Shown: positions 40,328 to 53,824 of the stretch, piece by piece
Layout of the letters: the number at the start of each line of letters is the position of its first letter
How positions within the stretch are numbered: the first letter of the stretch is position 1
Notes under the pieces: model-generated
What the model was told of the DNA's origin: nothing
What the model saw: the letters and a program-made list of their open reading frames with translations, nothing else
Database searches by the model: none
Assembly: GCA_040954595.2 (NCBI GenBank)
Contig: CM082586.2
Location: 12,121,337-12,185,336, forward strand
Length of the DNA: 64,000 nt
Direction: 5' to 3'
From: Balanoglossus misakiensis
Lineage: Eukaryota > Animalia > Hemichordata
Position numbers and translations under genes: made by a program

Positions 40328-43264
40328 TTATTTTATTTTATTTATTCTTTAATTCAGGCCATATGCCCATACTGTAAAAAAAAAAAAAAACAAACAAACA
40401 AAAAACATACAAAACAAACCCAGAAACAACTCCATAAAAGAAAGACACAAAAGAAAAAAAAATCCCAAAAACTTAATAAAGAACAACCCTGCAATGCCCC
40501 CAGAATGTAGATAAAAAGTAAGAGTCAGTCTGTATACAGCTGCGGATAACCGGGTTACCGCTTTTTTGTAAGCGTTGGCAAAAGGAAAAAAACAATTTTC
40601 GATGTAGCGAGGTGAAGTTCAAAATATTCCTACTTACAAAGTTATGACTTATGCTTACATCGCGTTTCAGATTAAAAATCAATCTTAAGGCATTGTTATA
40701 CGCAACTTTTAAAGTAGACATTTGTTTGACATTGTAGTTACACCACACGTTAAGACAATAAACACTATATAAAAAACTTTTAAAAAGAGTACACTTCACC
40801 TTATGTGAGCAATGGCCAAAATTACGCAAAATAAAATTAGCTCTAGCATAAAAGCAACGAAGCTGCCACTGCATATCAGCATCATCCATACCCGAAGAGG
40901 ACATAATATAGCCAAGATACTTTTTTGTACATACATACTTAAGAGGTTTACCATACAAATATACACAAGATATTCTGTGTGCTTTCCAAGACTTTGGGAA
41001 AATTGCCATACACTATGTCTTTGCAGTATGAAAAATAATATCATGCTCATTTCCATAAAGTTCACAAATGTTACTCAGTTTCTGTAATGCTTTGACCGAC
41101 GGACAAATCAAGACTAAATCGTCTGCATAGAACAAATGGTTAACAATGGTATTAGCTAGGTAACAGCCAACCCCGGCTGATTGCAGCTGACCGCTTAAAT
41201 CATCTACATATATAGCGAACAGTTTGGGTGAAAGAATACTTCCTTGCCGTACACCGTTAATAACACTGAAGGAATTAGAAATTACAGATGCCCAGCGCAC
41301 AGAAAAGCATTGATTACTATACCAATATTGTAAAATACGAATAATAAAAAGAGGTATCTTGCAGTAAATCAATTTTCTAAACAAAGTCCAGTGGTTGACC
41401 CTATCAAAAGCTTTCGTAGCATCCATAAAACAGAGGTAAACTGGCGTATTATGCCTCTTATAAAAGTCAACAATTTCTTTGAGAACAAAGATACACATGT
41501 CGGTAGAGTGATTACTTTAAAACCAAACTGTAAATTGCTTGTATCTAAGAGTGAATCAATACGAGATAGAATACAAAGTTCCAGAACTTTCGAGATGGCC
41601 GTGACAATTGCAATGGGCCTATAATTATCCACAGAAGTAAGATCTTTGGATTTATCCTTCACAATAGGACAAATAATGGCGTGCATTAAAGTCTCGGGTA
41701 AATAACCATGTGTAAAAAACTAGTAAAACATAAACTCAACATAACGCAAATGATTGGACTTGCATACATGAGATGTTAAGCACCAAGACCATCATAGCCC
41801 AATGCCTTTCCCTTCTCAAGCTTATCAATACACCCTTTTAGTTCCATCGCAGTAACAACCATGGCATTGTTGTGGGAACCAGTTTCTTTTAACGATGACA
41901 GTACAAATGCCCTATCACGACAGTTCGAAACAGAATTCAACAAACTTTCATAATGTTGTTTCCACATATCGGCAACATTTTCATGACCGGTGCAGCCACC
42001 TACACTGGTCGGAAGCGAAGATAAACAACCACGAGTGGTATGTACAGACTGCCAAAACTTACGTGTACCCCCCTGCGTCAAGTTGTTGGCCAAAGACTGG
42101 GCCCTGGCTAGGTTTTCATCTCTTCTACACGCCCGTAAAACCGACTTAAATTTTGCACGAGTTCTGCGCATGAGATCAAAGAGCGGGCCAAACCTAGGCC
42201 TGCCATTAGCAGCCCATAATTTAAATGCATCACGAGCGGCATTGTGAAAATCACGTACATGATCATTCCAACCTGGAACAGTTTTAAAACCCAACCCCTC
42301 TGCCTTCGAAGCAGGAATGCAGTTCAACGCAGCTGATTTTAGAGAAGTAACAATATTCGAATACAAAGAATTTAGACTGCTAATGTGATCTATATTCTTA
42401 CAGTTAGGATCTCGACATACAGAGCAACATTTGGGATATCCAGTTTACGGAGTAAGCACTCCGTCATATGATCATAAGCAGACAAGTTCCTGGGCGTCGC
42501 TTTACTCCAGTTAGGCTTCGCATGAGCATTGGTAACATTTTGTGGAATCGGATCTGTATGTACTAACCCAACAATATCAATATTTACAGAAAGAGGAAAA
42601 TGGTCAGAGGACACATAATCATACAAAATACCAATACTAGAAATAGCATTATGTACTGCATGGGTGCTCAAAATATGGTCCAACCAACCTGTACTACCAT
42701 GTGCATCACTAACGAATGTAAAATTATCATTGCATCTACCAAGCTTTTCAACATCGGAGATATACAAATTATGTTCTTTACAAAAAATATCAAGCTCCCT
42801 AGCAAATATTGTACCAAAGTTAGCATTAAAATCGCCAAGAATTATACCATTCGTTGTGTCAATATCATTAATAATGCAATTAATTTTTGCCAAATAATTC
42901 ATATAAGTGTCATAATTTTCTCCAGAACAGGTCGGAAGGTACGCACATAAAATAAAAAGTTTTCCAGAAGATGTAACAATATCAGCACCTAAAAGTCTTG
43001 TATCATCTAAATATTTTATTGAAAAGTTTTGTCCCAAGGATTTACGCCACATGATTGCAACTCCACCAAATGGACGCCCGATGCGAATTCCACAGTCATC
43101 TCGAATGGCAGAAATACCACATGCATTAAAGCCTTTGTGAATACTCGACAGAAGAGGTAGTTCCGCTTCCGTCAGCCAGTGTTCTTGAACGAGTATAACA
43201 TCATGATCGTTACAGAGAGACATAATAGAGTCTACTGATGACTTTATGCCACGACAGTTATATG
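40328..43264 (-). mobile_element. 5'-truncated APE-RT non-LTR retrotransposon, degraded
   Basis: Absent from the empty site in copy C (CGATATTATTATAAG near 54930). (TAAAA)n-like tail at 40328-40345; possible TATT TSD. Truncated at the very start of the APE domain (YNCRGIKSS). Confidence 0.92.
40473..43263 (-). pseudogene. LINE ORF2 (AP endonuclease + RT), broken by frameshifts and stops
   Basis: APE motifs VQEHWL, GGVAI, LGDFNA, LDHI, SDHFP; RT motifs NYRPI, QFGFK, DATKAFD, GVRQGSILSP, FYADD, YLG, spread over 5 ORF pieces. Confidence 0.93.
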
Positions 43265-43329
43265 TATTATTATAAGAAATTTATAATTGAGGTGTGAGGA
43301 GCCTCATTCCCTTTATTGCATACAGTGTA

Positions 43330-43514
43330 CATAGGATCAGGACAGCAAATGTTTTCAGCGTGGGGGGGGGGGGGGTCATCATATTTTTGGGTCTGTCAAA
43401 GGGGGGTGATCATTTTTTGGTGCTGGGTGAAGGGGGGGGGGCGTCGGTCTGATTTTGAAAACCGATGACTCAAACTTGCCGACCCCCAGCCGTAAAAACT
43501 GAACGGTCCCTAAG
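43330..43514 (-). mobile_element. Probable PIF/Harbinger-type MITE remnant in the macro-unit (copy at ~55000-55154)
   Basis: G-run-rich island ending ...AAAAACTGAACGGTCCC followed by TAA, resembling a Harbinger terminus with a TWA target; the partner TIR is not evident. Confidence 0.4.
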
Positions 43515-43651
43515 TATTAGGAAGGTTCCAATGCATGTCACTGGGCATGAATGTGCAAGGCTAGGTGTACTGTTTTGTTTTGTTTTGTATTTTGTTTTAA
43601 TCTTAAAAATTGTGCTCCATGAATTTTAATGTGCAATTGTTTTCATACTAG

Positions 43652-46409
43652 GATGAAAAAGAAACTGAGAACTAAATATGGCATTAGTGACACTTATAAT
43701 CCACTAATGGAACTGGAATCATTTGATAATGGCTGGTGGGTTACATTATACACATGACTGGTGGTAAGGTAAGCATTTGTTTGCATCCATGGATGACCAC
43801 TTATAACATACCAATGTTCACATCCTCTTGAAAATTCAAGGTCATTGTAAGTGTAAACTTACAGTTGAAATATTAATTACCTTTATGTGTTTTCAACTGT
43901 ACATTTAGATCTCTTTTGAGAAACTACATAACATTGAATTGGGAATAGTAAAAATATTTACCCAATTAACATTTGAAGTGATTGGAGCTAATGATATACT
44001 GGAAATAGACCACAAATTAAAGGTAAGAAATTTAGTATAATTTAGTATTTAATTTTCTTTAAATGATGAATCAGAAGTTTTATTCATACTATGTTACAAT
44101 ACTGGAACAAAGTCCATTGTGTTTGCTTGTGCATCATGTAAATGTGCTGACAATTCAATCGCCCGTGTATAAATCAATATTGTAATTGACATTATGGTTT
44201 AATTGGCAATATGTATTTACAGACCAGTGTCATTATTACGTTAGGTATTTGATTGGACAGCTTTCAAACGAACTCTATCCCCATCATTTGTCTACAAACA
44301 CAAGTCGTTTATCGGAAGGGACTTCAAGTTGTGGGCCCAGGTGGCCCCATTCATACTGGCTTCTAACGTACCACCTGAGTATCTACGATTGTGGCACCTC
44401 ATCAGTGAGGTAGGTTATAACATTAACTTTATCATTTGTTTTAGAGATTACATTTAAGTTTGATATTTAGCTCCCATTTTTTGAAAATGCCATGTGTATC
44501 ATTAATTGTATATTAAGTTACTTGGGTATCTGGTTATGGCTGTAGAGCTGTGAAAATCTGAAGCAAAACTATTATATACTTGTGTGTGTATTTCTCATGG
44601 TGAAATCGGAAATGTTTTATGAAGAATTTCCTTTTGTTAAAGTATCAAAATAATTATATTTTTATGACGCCTCTCTTCTTTCACTTGACATAGGTTTTTG
44701 TACTTGTGCATAGAGGTAGACGAACAACATGTCAGAGAAATGCAAGAATTGGTTGATAACCTGATCAGTGAAGTGAAGAAAGTGTTTCCTTCAACTTTGA
44801 AACCTAAGCATTTATGAAATATTTACCTTAATTTAAATTGTGGTCTTTGGTTATTTTGGGTTCCATTTGTTCCACTGTCTGACTAGTTTCATAATGAATT
44901 AGTTGTGAGATGCCCAGCAGATGCTTCATGTATCAATTGACAAGTTGTTGAAAGGTAAACAATACAAAAATAATATATGAAGATTTTTTTAAATTTTCCC
45001 CTTCTCAGATGTGAATCGTTAATGGGCTTGGTCAGGGTCAGGTGTTTATTTACCAATCACCACAATCCATCTAGAGATCTGGCCGTAAGTTTTGATAGAC
45101 TTCAACAGATTCATCACATACTTCAATGTGGATTTTGGAAAGACTGATGGAGATTACAGGTAAGGACTTACCTATTTACAGTTATTAAAAGTAAGCATGG
45201 CAATTAGTCACAAAGATTTATTGATGGGAAGACTGTGTTTGGCAAACTGGCCGACTAATCAATCTATTTATTGCAAGGAATGGTCAGTATGTACAGGAAA
45301 ATGCATTTTATATCATTTTGATATCAAAAGTACACTAGTCAAAAATGTTAGATGTACAGGAATAAGTTTATTATTACTGTACAACATGAAGTATGCCTGT
45401 AAACATTAATACTGCAGTGACTTATGCATGCTTCTCACTATTTTGGTATTGGCCCAGTATTCTTTAAAATCACCAGGAATGATGTTTGAACATTTTTTTT
45501 ATTAGTATGATAGTTAAGTTTTTTGTTATCATTTTAAATTCTATTCTCAGATGCTGTGGAAACTCAGTAAAAATGAATAGGTGACCAGAACTCCAGAAGT
45601 TTCTATATGGTGATAACAAAAGTAGAAGCTATCTGAAAGGTGACTTGAGAAAGGTAAGTTTGCAGCTACAATCTCCACTTATAAACAATGACCATGGGGA
45701 AATGTACCATACTAAAATAGCAGAATCCGTGGACTTTAGCATGCATCCTGTGCCGTATACCGGTACAGACGGTATTTTCATGAGTGATGTAGTGTATTCT
45801 GTGCCAGTCATGATTCACTTGTTCATTAGTGAAAATAACTTCAGTACAGCACAGATCACACACAGAGAGTTCTGCTATTATTGCATATGTTCCCTCAGAT
45901 TTCACAAAAATTAATGTGCAGGAATCTATCATATACACCTGACTCTATTCAATATAAAAATTTGTGAGTGTGTTGATAATGTTCACACATTTGAGTGGTT
46001 TAAAGAATAATAGACAGTAATGAAATATTTTTACAGCTGCAAGCTGGCATGGCACATGTAAAGCATCCATAGAGGAGGAAACAGCCAACAATGACATGGA
46101 CAGGTAATGTCACAATTCCATTGTGTCACATTAAGGTTGAACGCGCAGTGTTTTACAATGCTGTCCATTTATCACTTTCACTTTAAACAGCTACTGTAAA
46201 CTTATTAAAACCATGGTTTATGTGATAAATTTGTGATATGTCTGCAGATACAGTTTTTAAATGTGTTACATTCCGACTTTTAAGTGTTGTTGTTTTTTCC
46301 TGATTGTGCAACAACAGATGTCAGGCCAAGAGAGTTCAAAGCAGTGCAAGCAGAAAATGGTATTGTAAACAGAGGTGCTTTTCTGAGCTATACAACGTCT
46401 TCCAGAGAG
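43652..46409 (+). pseudogene. Spliced CACTA/EnSpm(CMC)-like transposase pseudogene, copy B (internal and C-terminal exons)
   Basis: GT-AG-bounded exons encode ...YGISDTYNPLMELESFD / EKLHNIELGIVK / SFIGRDFKLWAQVAPF / CESLMGLVR..FTNHHNPSRDLAVSF / PELQKFLYG..KGDLRK / FKAVQAENG. The exon with KPKIHMLLH is partly deleted. Confidence 0.72.
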
Positions 46410-47080
46410 GTAATGCAATTGCATAACAATTAATGGAAAAGGATATGGGTGCACTATATGTTCTGACATTTCTATTTCATCAATATTATGGTCAGAGATC
46501 AACATCCCTCATGCAGGCTAAATATGATAATATAAGGTTATTCACTAATTATATTATATCATGCTACTGTCCACAATTCTGATTGGACGAGAGCTCAATC
46601 CAGCGATGATAAAAAACTCAATAATGCACTGCTAAAACGGTGACCTTTGACCTAACCCAAGTAATATGTTGTAAAAAAATGTGATATTTGCATAAATGTG
46701 TTATCGGGGAAACTTTTGCAATTTTTGTTAAAAATTGTTTTCTCTGAAACCGCTTGTCATATTGCATTGAACTTTGGCAGGCATGTTCCTTGTAGTGATT
46801 GAAGTAAGATATTGTACAATGATACTTGCATATTTGTGTTTTTGCCACTTTTTAACAAATATTTTCTGTGAAACTGCTTGTTGGATTGCTTTGATATTGT
46901 TTTTTTTCTCTGATTGCTTTGAAATTTACACATACATGAATATGTGCAACTTTTATTCACTTCTGATATCAGAAATATTCAATATTTAGCGAATTTTTTG
47001 TAAGTTTCTTTGTTTTTGGTTAGCAAATCTTCTCCTAAATTGTCCAGTTGTTTTGAAAGTTACTGTTTACAAGGTGTTGT

Positions 47081-47626
47081 TGTGGCTGAAGCCATGCAAA
47101 AACAAAAGAATTTCGTATTTTAATATTGAGGGATATGCACGAACGGTTTGTTGTTTAAAATCTTACTCCATAAAAATAGTTCCATATTTTGTTACGAGTT
47201 TCGATATTGCAGACTTTTGATTTTCACGATGAAAGATGTTGTGACTTTATGTGTACCTTTGAAGGTCATTGTGAACACATCGACAAACCATATTTCGCAC
47301 AAAAGTTTTACAAGTAGTCCATCTACGAATGTCATATCACTACACATTTGCACCTCGTGTTTTCGATTTCGCTATGGGACGGTGAAGTACACCCTCGTCT
47401 CTCGTTTCGTACCCTTCGATATTTCATTCGTATTTCAAAACTTCCCGACCACAAGGCTTTACAAGTCGCCAGCAAGTTTTTACTGTGACCGCCAAAGCTT
47501 TTCCGAAATATTCAAAAGTCAGAGTCGAGTTTCCATGTATGGGTCTTCTGTTTATTATCGATAAATCGATCGAGTGATCGCTGAATGCGATCGTACGAGA
47601 CTGTACACAATAGTCGAAAGCAGACT
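47081..47626 (+). repeat. BEL 5' LTR (3' segment inverted and truncated)
   Basis: 47081-47530 is a direct match to 53244-53690 with scattered mismatches; 47483-47626 is the reverse complement of 53691-53825. Confidence 0.88.
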
Positions 47627-50600
47627 GCTATGGTGTGACTTGCCCACGGGGAAAGTCTATTTCGTCGATGATCATTCCAGTGTGGATTTCTGGATACAAA
47701 GAACCGAACAGAGAGATTCTAGTGTACGCGCTGTTGGACACACAGTCAGATACTACTTTCGTGTTGGATCATGTCGCTGAACAGCTACACACAGCATCTG
47801 AGCCAGCAAACCTTCGTATGACAACCATGACAATGAGCAACAAGGTTGTTGCCTGTCACAAATATCGCAAACTCAGAGTTCGCGGGTTTGACTGTGACAA
47901 AATAGTTCCGTTGCCCACTACGTATTCGCTTGATTACATTCCAGTGGAAAAATCGCACATTCTGACTCGTGATATGGCCAATGGGTGGCCTCATCTTAGA
48001 GAAATCGCTACTTATATTCATCCTCAACAGAAATGTGAAGTTGGTCTGTTGATAGGTTATGATTGTCCTCAAGCCCTAGCACCTCGTAGCTGTGTCACAG
48101 GCAGTGGAAATCAGCCATTCGCAGTAGAGACAGACTTAGGATGGAGCATCGTCGGACATCTTACACATCGAGATGAAAGGGAAGATGTCTTCAGTTTTAC
48201 CCATAGAGTACTTACAAAGGTGATACCAGACGGTCTACAACCAGGTGTAGACAGTCAGCAGAGACTTCGTATGGAAGAGTCTCATTCGTCGGCAGTTCGT
48301 TATGCCTTTAAGACTTCAGCCAAGGAGCAAGTCCTCAACCCTTTGGACGTGGTGAGAATTCTCGAATCGGACTTCAACGAACAAAGAGTTGAAGAAACCG
48401 CCATGTCTCAGGACGACATTCGATTTTTAAAGATCATGGAAAATGGTATTTCAAAAGAACCAGATGGATTCTATACAATGCCACTTCCATTCAGACAGGA
48501 TAAACGAGCGCTCCCAAACAACAGATGTATAGCGCAGCAGAGACTTCAGTACTTGAAAAGGCGCTTCAAGTCAAACCCAAAGTATCTGAACGACTACAGA
48601 AACGTCATGGAAGACATTATTGCGACAGGAGATGCGGAACTGGTCGACGACCAGAATATAGATGATGGATCAATGTGGTATATTCCACACCATGGGGTGT
48701 ATCACCCTAAAAAACCGACAAGATTCGTGTCGTGTTCGATTGTAGTGCGAGGTTCAAGGGAACGAGCCTCAACGATCATTTGTTGCAGGGACCGGATCAG
48801 ATAAATTCCCTCATTGGTGTACTTTGTCGTTTTCGCATAGAGAACATCGCAGTCATGTGTGACATCGAGCATATGTTCCACAGATTTAGAGTCAAGAAAG
48901 ATGACAGAAACTATCTCCGATTTCTTTGGTGGAGAGATGGTAATGTCGACTACGAACCAGTTACCTACAGGATGAACGTTCACCTATTCGGCGCTGTGTC
49001 CTCACCAGGATGCGCAAACTACGGTCTTCGACAAGTGGCCAAGGACAACCCACAGCACGGAAAGAGCGCTGTAGACTTCGTCGCAAAGAATTTCTATGTT
49101 GATGATGGTCTCCATAGTCTCGAGACGGCATCAGAGGCTGTCCAACTTATACAGGATGTCCGCAACCTTTGCGCAGAAGGAAATTTACGTCTGCACAAGT
49201 TCATATCGAATGACAGAACTACGATGGAATCTGTCCCTATTTCATAGCGTGCCAAAAACGTCAAGGATTTGGATTTGTCGTTCAGTGAGCTACCAATGGA
49301 AAGAGCACTTGGAATCGAGTGGCGCGTTGAGTCAGACATTGTTCCATTTTTCGCCTATCATCAAGATGCACTCGCCTTCTCGTTGTGGAATACTTTCGGC
49401 AGAAGCATCTGTTTTCGATCCTCTCGGATTTCTCGCACCTTTCGTACTTCGAGGAAAACGGATCTTGCAAGAGATGTGCAAGAAAGGAACCGATTGGGAT
49501 GATCCCTTGCCAGACGATTTACGTCCGAGGTCGGAATCATGGCTTACTGAGTTGCCCAAGCTAGACGACTTGAAGATAAGAAGATGCTTCAAGCCGCAAC
49601 ATTTCAGACCAGTGAAGAAAGTTGAGCTTCACCATTTCTCGGATGCCAGCCTGACAGGTTATGGTCAGTGTTCGTATATCAGACTAGTCGACAGTCTAGA
49701 TAATATTCATTGTTCGCTCGTGATGGGAAAGGCTAGAGTCGCCCCTTTGAAACCCATTACTGTTCCCCGATTGGAACTACAAGCTGCTGTTGTTTCTATA
49801 CAGGTCAGCAATCTACTGAACAAAGAGTTGGATTACCCATTGTAGTCCATGGGCCAGGACCCCATTTTTCATAAATTGGTATCAGAAAGATGGACAAAGC
49901 CTCACATAGATTTTTGGAAAGGCCTATATCTCTAGATTATAAATTGGGGTGATAGCCCTGCCTATCGAGTAGCTTTCTGCATTTTTTCCCTCAAAAACTA
50001 ATGTAAGAACCTAAAAATTTCCGACCCAAATTTTGAGGGTAGGGGAACTTTAAATTGCTGTAACTCCAGCAAAACTAAAGCCAGAACAGTCATTTACCAC
50101 TCAAATTGTGTGTTTTTTAGAACTCTACCAAAATAATATATTTTGGTGGTAATTCGTTTTGAATTGAGGTCAATAGAGGTCAAAAGGTCATGAAATTTGG
50201 GTCATTCTGAACATTTGTAGTATGACTATTTCTTGAACGATTGTTTTTAACTTAAGTCTTTAAATGTCATTTACAAGATAAAATACTCTCCCAGAATCTA
50301 TTTCAAACCAATAGAAAACCTTATTATTCATTTATGACCAGAAAAACACAAATAAAGAGAAACGACAGAAAGACATCCAATTTTCCACTCAGATTTAAGG
50401 GTAGGGGAAACTTAAGTTCTTGTAACTCCGGCAAAAATAAACCCAGAACAGTCATCTACCACTCAAACTGTGTGTTTTTTAGAACTCTACCAATATAATA
50501 TATTTTGGTGGTAATTCGTTTTGAATTAAGGCCAATAGAGGTCAAAAGGTCATGAAATTTGGGTCATTCTGAACATTTGTAGTATGACTATTTCTTGAAC

Positions 50601-53135
50601 GATTTTTTTAACTTAAGTCTTTAAATGTCATTTAGAAGATAAAATACTCTCCCAGAATCTATTTCAAACCAATAAAAAACCCTATTATTCAATTACGATC
50701 AGAAAAACACAAATACAGAGATACGGAAGAATGGCACAAGACTTCAGACCCTGTTATTGGGGTAGTAGTTGTAACTCCGGCAAAAATAAAGCCAGAAAAG
50801 TCATCTACCTCTCAAATTGTGTGTTTTTTAGCACTCTAGCGATTGTATATGTATTTGTTGCAATTTTGTTTTGAATTTAGGTCACAGAGGTCAAAAGATC
50901 ACAAGATTTGGGTAATTTCGAAAAATTATGGTACGAACATTTCCTGCATTAATTTTTTAAACCCAAGTCTTCAAATGTCATTTATGAGATAAAATACTCT
51001 ACACGATTTTTTTTCAGACCAATTGAAGACCTTATTATTCAATTACAATCAGAAAAAAAATTAGTAGAGAAACGGGATAATAACAAACAATTTCCCACGG
51101 ATTTTGGGGTAGGTTTGGCCATCTAACAGGTAAGTATACACCCAACTGATCATGCACATATGGTGTTTAGGAGAACGGATGTGCAAATTTGTGAACCTTT
51201 GCATGCTGCTCATGTGCACTGTACTTGTATGATGATTCCTAACAATACTACGAGAAGGGGCCATTAAGGCATTGTAGCTCTGGTTGTGTATTATTGTTGG
51301 ATACCATCCTACAGTGTACAGGCACAGCAGATGACAAGCCAAGCAAAGGTTCAAAAATTCAAAACGAATTACCACCAAAATATATTATATTGGTAGAGTT
51401 CTTAAAAACACACAATTTGAGTGGTAGATGACTGTTCTGGGTTTATTTTTGCCGGAGTTACAAGAACTTAAGTTTCCCCTACCCTTAAATCTGAGTGGAA
51501 AATTGGATGTCTTTCTGTCGTTTCTCTTTATTTGTGTTTTTCTGGTCATAAATGAATAATAAGGTTTTCTATTGGTTTTAAATAGATTCTGGGAGAGTAT
51601 TTTATCTTGTAAATGACATTTGAAGACTTAAGTTCAAAAAAATCGTTCAAGAAATAGTCATACTACAAATGTTCAGAATGACCCAAATTTCATGACCTTT
51701 TGACCTCTATTGACCTCAATTCAAAACGAATTACCACCAAAATATATTATTTTGGTAGAGTTCTAAAAAACACACAATTTGAGTGGTAAATGACTGTTCT
51801 GGCTTTAGTTCTGCTGGAGTTACAGCAATTTAAAGTTCCCCTACCCCCAAAATTTGGGTCGGAAATTTTTAGGTTCTTACATTAGTTTTTGAGGGAAAAA
51901 ATGCAGAAAGCTACTCGATAGGCAGGGCTATCACCCCAATTTATAATCTAGAGATATAGGCCTTTCCAAAAAACCAAGTGAGGCTTTGTCCATCTTTCTG
52001 ATACCAAATTCCTGTCTGGCCCATGGACTATTGATGGAGAACTTCTACTGGACAGAGTCGAAAGTGGTACTCGGCTACATAGGAAATGATGTTCGTCGCT
52101 TCCACATATATGTTGCGAATCGTATACAAAGAATTAAAGAATCATCTCAGCCAGAGCAGTGGCACTTTGTCCACACTGAGGAAAACCCTGCAGATCATGC
52201 ATCTCGTGGACTCGGCGTTGATGGACTGATGAAATCCAATTTGTTTAGAGGTCCTGCCTTTTTGTGGGACAAAGAGCTTCCTCTGTCCACTCGGGTAGAC
52301 GCACAGGTGTCAGCAGATGACCCCGAGGTAAAGAATACCAGAACATTGATGACTTCCTCGACTGCAACGTCATCCATGTTACATCGTGTAGAGCGATTTT
52401 CCGATTGGAACAAGGTTGTAGGAGCATTCGCCACCTTGTATCGCTATGTATCCGGGAAGGGAAGGGAAAGCGAAAGGAAATCGCTTCCGGAGGAACAAGA
52501 CAGAGAGCTACCATGGCCATCGTGGCATGGGCCCAACAGGAAGCTTTCAAAGAAGAAATAGAGTCATTGAAATCTCGCACGTCAGAAGATAGTTCGGTCG
52601 GTTTGTCTCTTCGTACTCTGATGTATGAAGCAATGGCGATTGTGAATAGTCGACCCTTATCAGCAGAGAACTTGAACGACCCTACTGGACCGATGCCTCT
52701 TACTCCAAATCAGCTGCTGACTATGAAATCGGATGTGATTTTGCCACCGCCAGGCAACTTCGTCAGAGAAGATCTGTATGCCAGGAAAGGATGGTGTTCT
52801 GTTCATATCTTGCGAACGAGTTTTGGACAAGATGGCGTAAGGAATACTTACAGAATCTACAGGCCAGACAGAAGTGGCAGGAAACGAAGAGAAACCTTGA
52901 AGTTGGAGATATTGTACTTCTTAAGGAAGATGATGCTGTGAGAAATCAGTGGAGACTTGCGAAAGTGATAGACACTTTGCGCGATGATGATTGTTTGATA
53001 CGTAGAGTCACTATCCTTGTGGGGGATCCCAACCTCTCGAAACAAGGTAAGAATGTAGACAAGGCAACAATTTTAGAAAGGCCTATTCATAAGCTTGTTG
53101 TATTGGTAGAAAATCCTGAAGCAGAGAAATGCTAA
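47627..53135 (+). pseudogene. pol: BEL pol remnant (protease-RT-RNase H-C-terminal domain), frameshifted and interrupted at 49843-52030
   Basis: ORF pieces 47635-48804, 48732-49247, 49096-49845, 51986-52561, 52405-52941, 52791-53135. Reading across the insert gives ELDYPL|MENFYWTES. Confidence 0.92.
49843..52030. mobile_element. Non-autonomous DNA transposon with ~680-bp TIRs (foldback architecture, Academ-like termini)
   Basis: Termini TAGTCCATGGGCCAG...CTGGCCCATGGACTA; 3-bp TSD TTG (49840-49842 and 52031-52033). Left arm ~49843-50528 is the reverse complement of ~51356-52030. Sub-repeats of ~350-362 bp (TGTAACTCC at 50059, 50421, 50770). Confidence 0.9.
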
Positions 53136-53243
53136 GGTAAGTTGTTTTCAGTGACACGGGAGAGCTGAGAAATAGCTTGGACGTATTAGGTAGTTGTTTT
53201 CAGTATTTCGATTAGGTAAAATCAATGTGATTTTAGGGGGGAG

Positions 53244-53824
53244 TGTGGCTGAAGCCATGCAAAAACAAAAGAATTTCGTATTTTAATATTGAGGGATATG
53301 CACGAACGGTTTGTTGTTTAAAACCTTACTCCAGAAAAATATTTCCATATTTTGTTACGAGTTTCGATATTGTAGACTTTTGATTTTCACAGAGAAAGAT
53401 GTTGTGACTTTATGTGTACCTTTGAAGGTCATTGTGAACACATCGACAAACCATATTTCGCACAAAAGTTTTACAAGTAGTCCATCTACGATTGTCATAT
53501 CACTACACATTTGCACCTCGTGTTTTTGACTTCGCTATGGGACGGTGAAGTACGCCCTCGTCTCTCGTTTCGTACCCTTCGATATTTCATTCGTATTTCG
53601 AAACTTCCCGACCACAAAGCTTTACAAGTCGCCAGTGAGTTTTTACTGTGACCGCCAAAGTTTTCCGAAAGATTCAAAAGTCAGAGTCGAAGTCTTTCGA
53701 CTATTGTGTACAGTCTCGTACGATCGCATTCAGCGATCAGTCGATCGATTTATCGATAATAAACCGAAGACCCGTACATGGAAACTCGACTTTTGAATAT
53801 TTCGGAAAAGCTTTGGCGGTCACA
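53244..53824 (+). repeat. BEL 3' LTR (581 bp) with an internal inverted copy of its own 3' terminus
   Basis: Follows the PPT and ends GGTCACA before the TSD; 53646-53690 is an inverted repeat of ~53785-53825. Confidence 0.88.

Larger units (their letters stand above)
47081..53824 (+). mobile_element. BEL/Pao LTR retrotransposon, internally deleted (no gag or PBS, integrase core missing)
   Basis: TG...CA ends, TSD GTTGT (47076-47080 and 53825-53829), PPT AGGGGGGAG (53235-53243). Motifs LLDTQS, YIPHHGV, DIEHMF, FGAVSSP, YVDD, HHFSDAS, PRLEL, NPAD.ASRG, FWTRWRKEYL, RPIHKL. Confidence 0.95.

Noticed and set aside
40205-40510. Lysine-rich 101-aa ORF
   Set aside because: Translation of the A-rich antisense strand of the LINE 3' UTR.
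44186-44413. 75-aa ORF repeated at 55816-56043
   Set aside because: It is an alternative frame over the SFIGRDFKLWAQ exon plus intron; the repetition reflects the macro-repeat.
46540-47075. Possible additional interspersed repeat (CTGATTGGAC, TGACCTTTGACC motifs) or the macro-unit junction
   Set aside because: Present once in the window, with no TIR, TSD or second copy to define boundaries.
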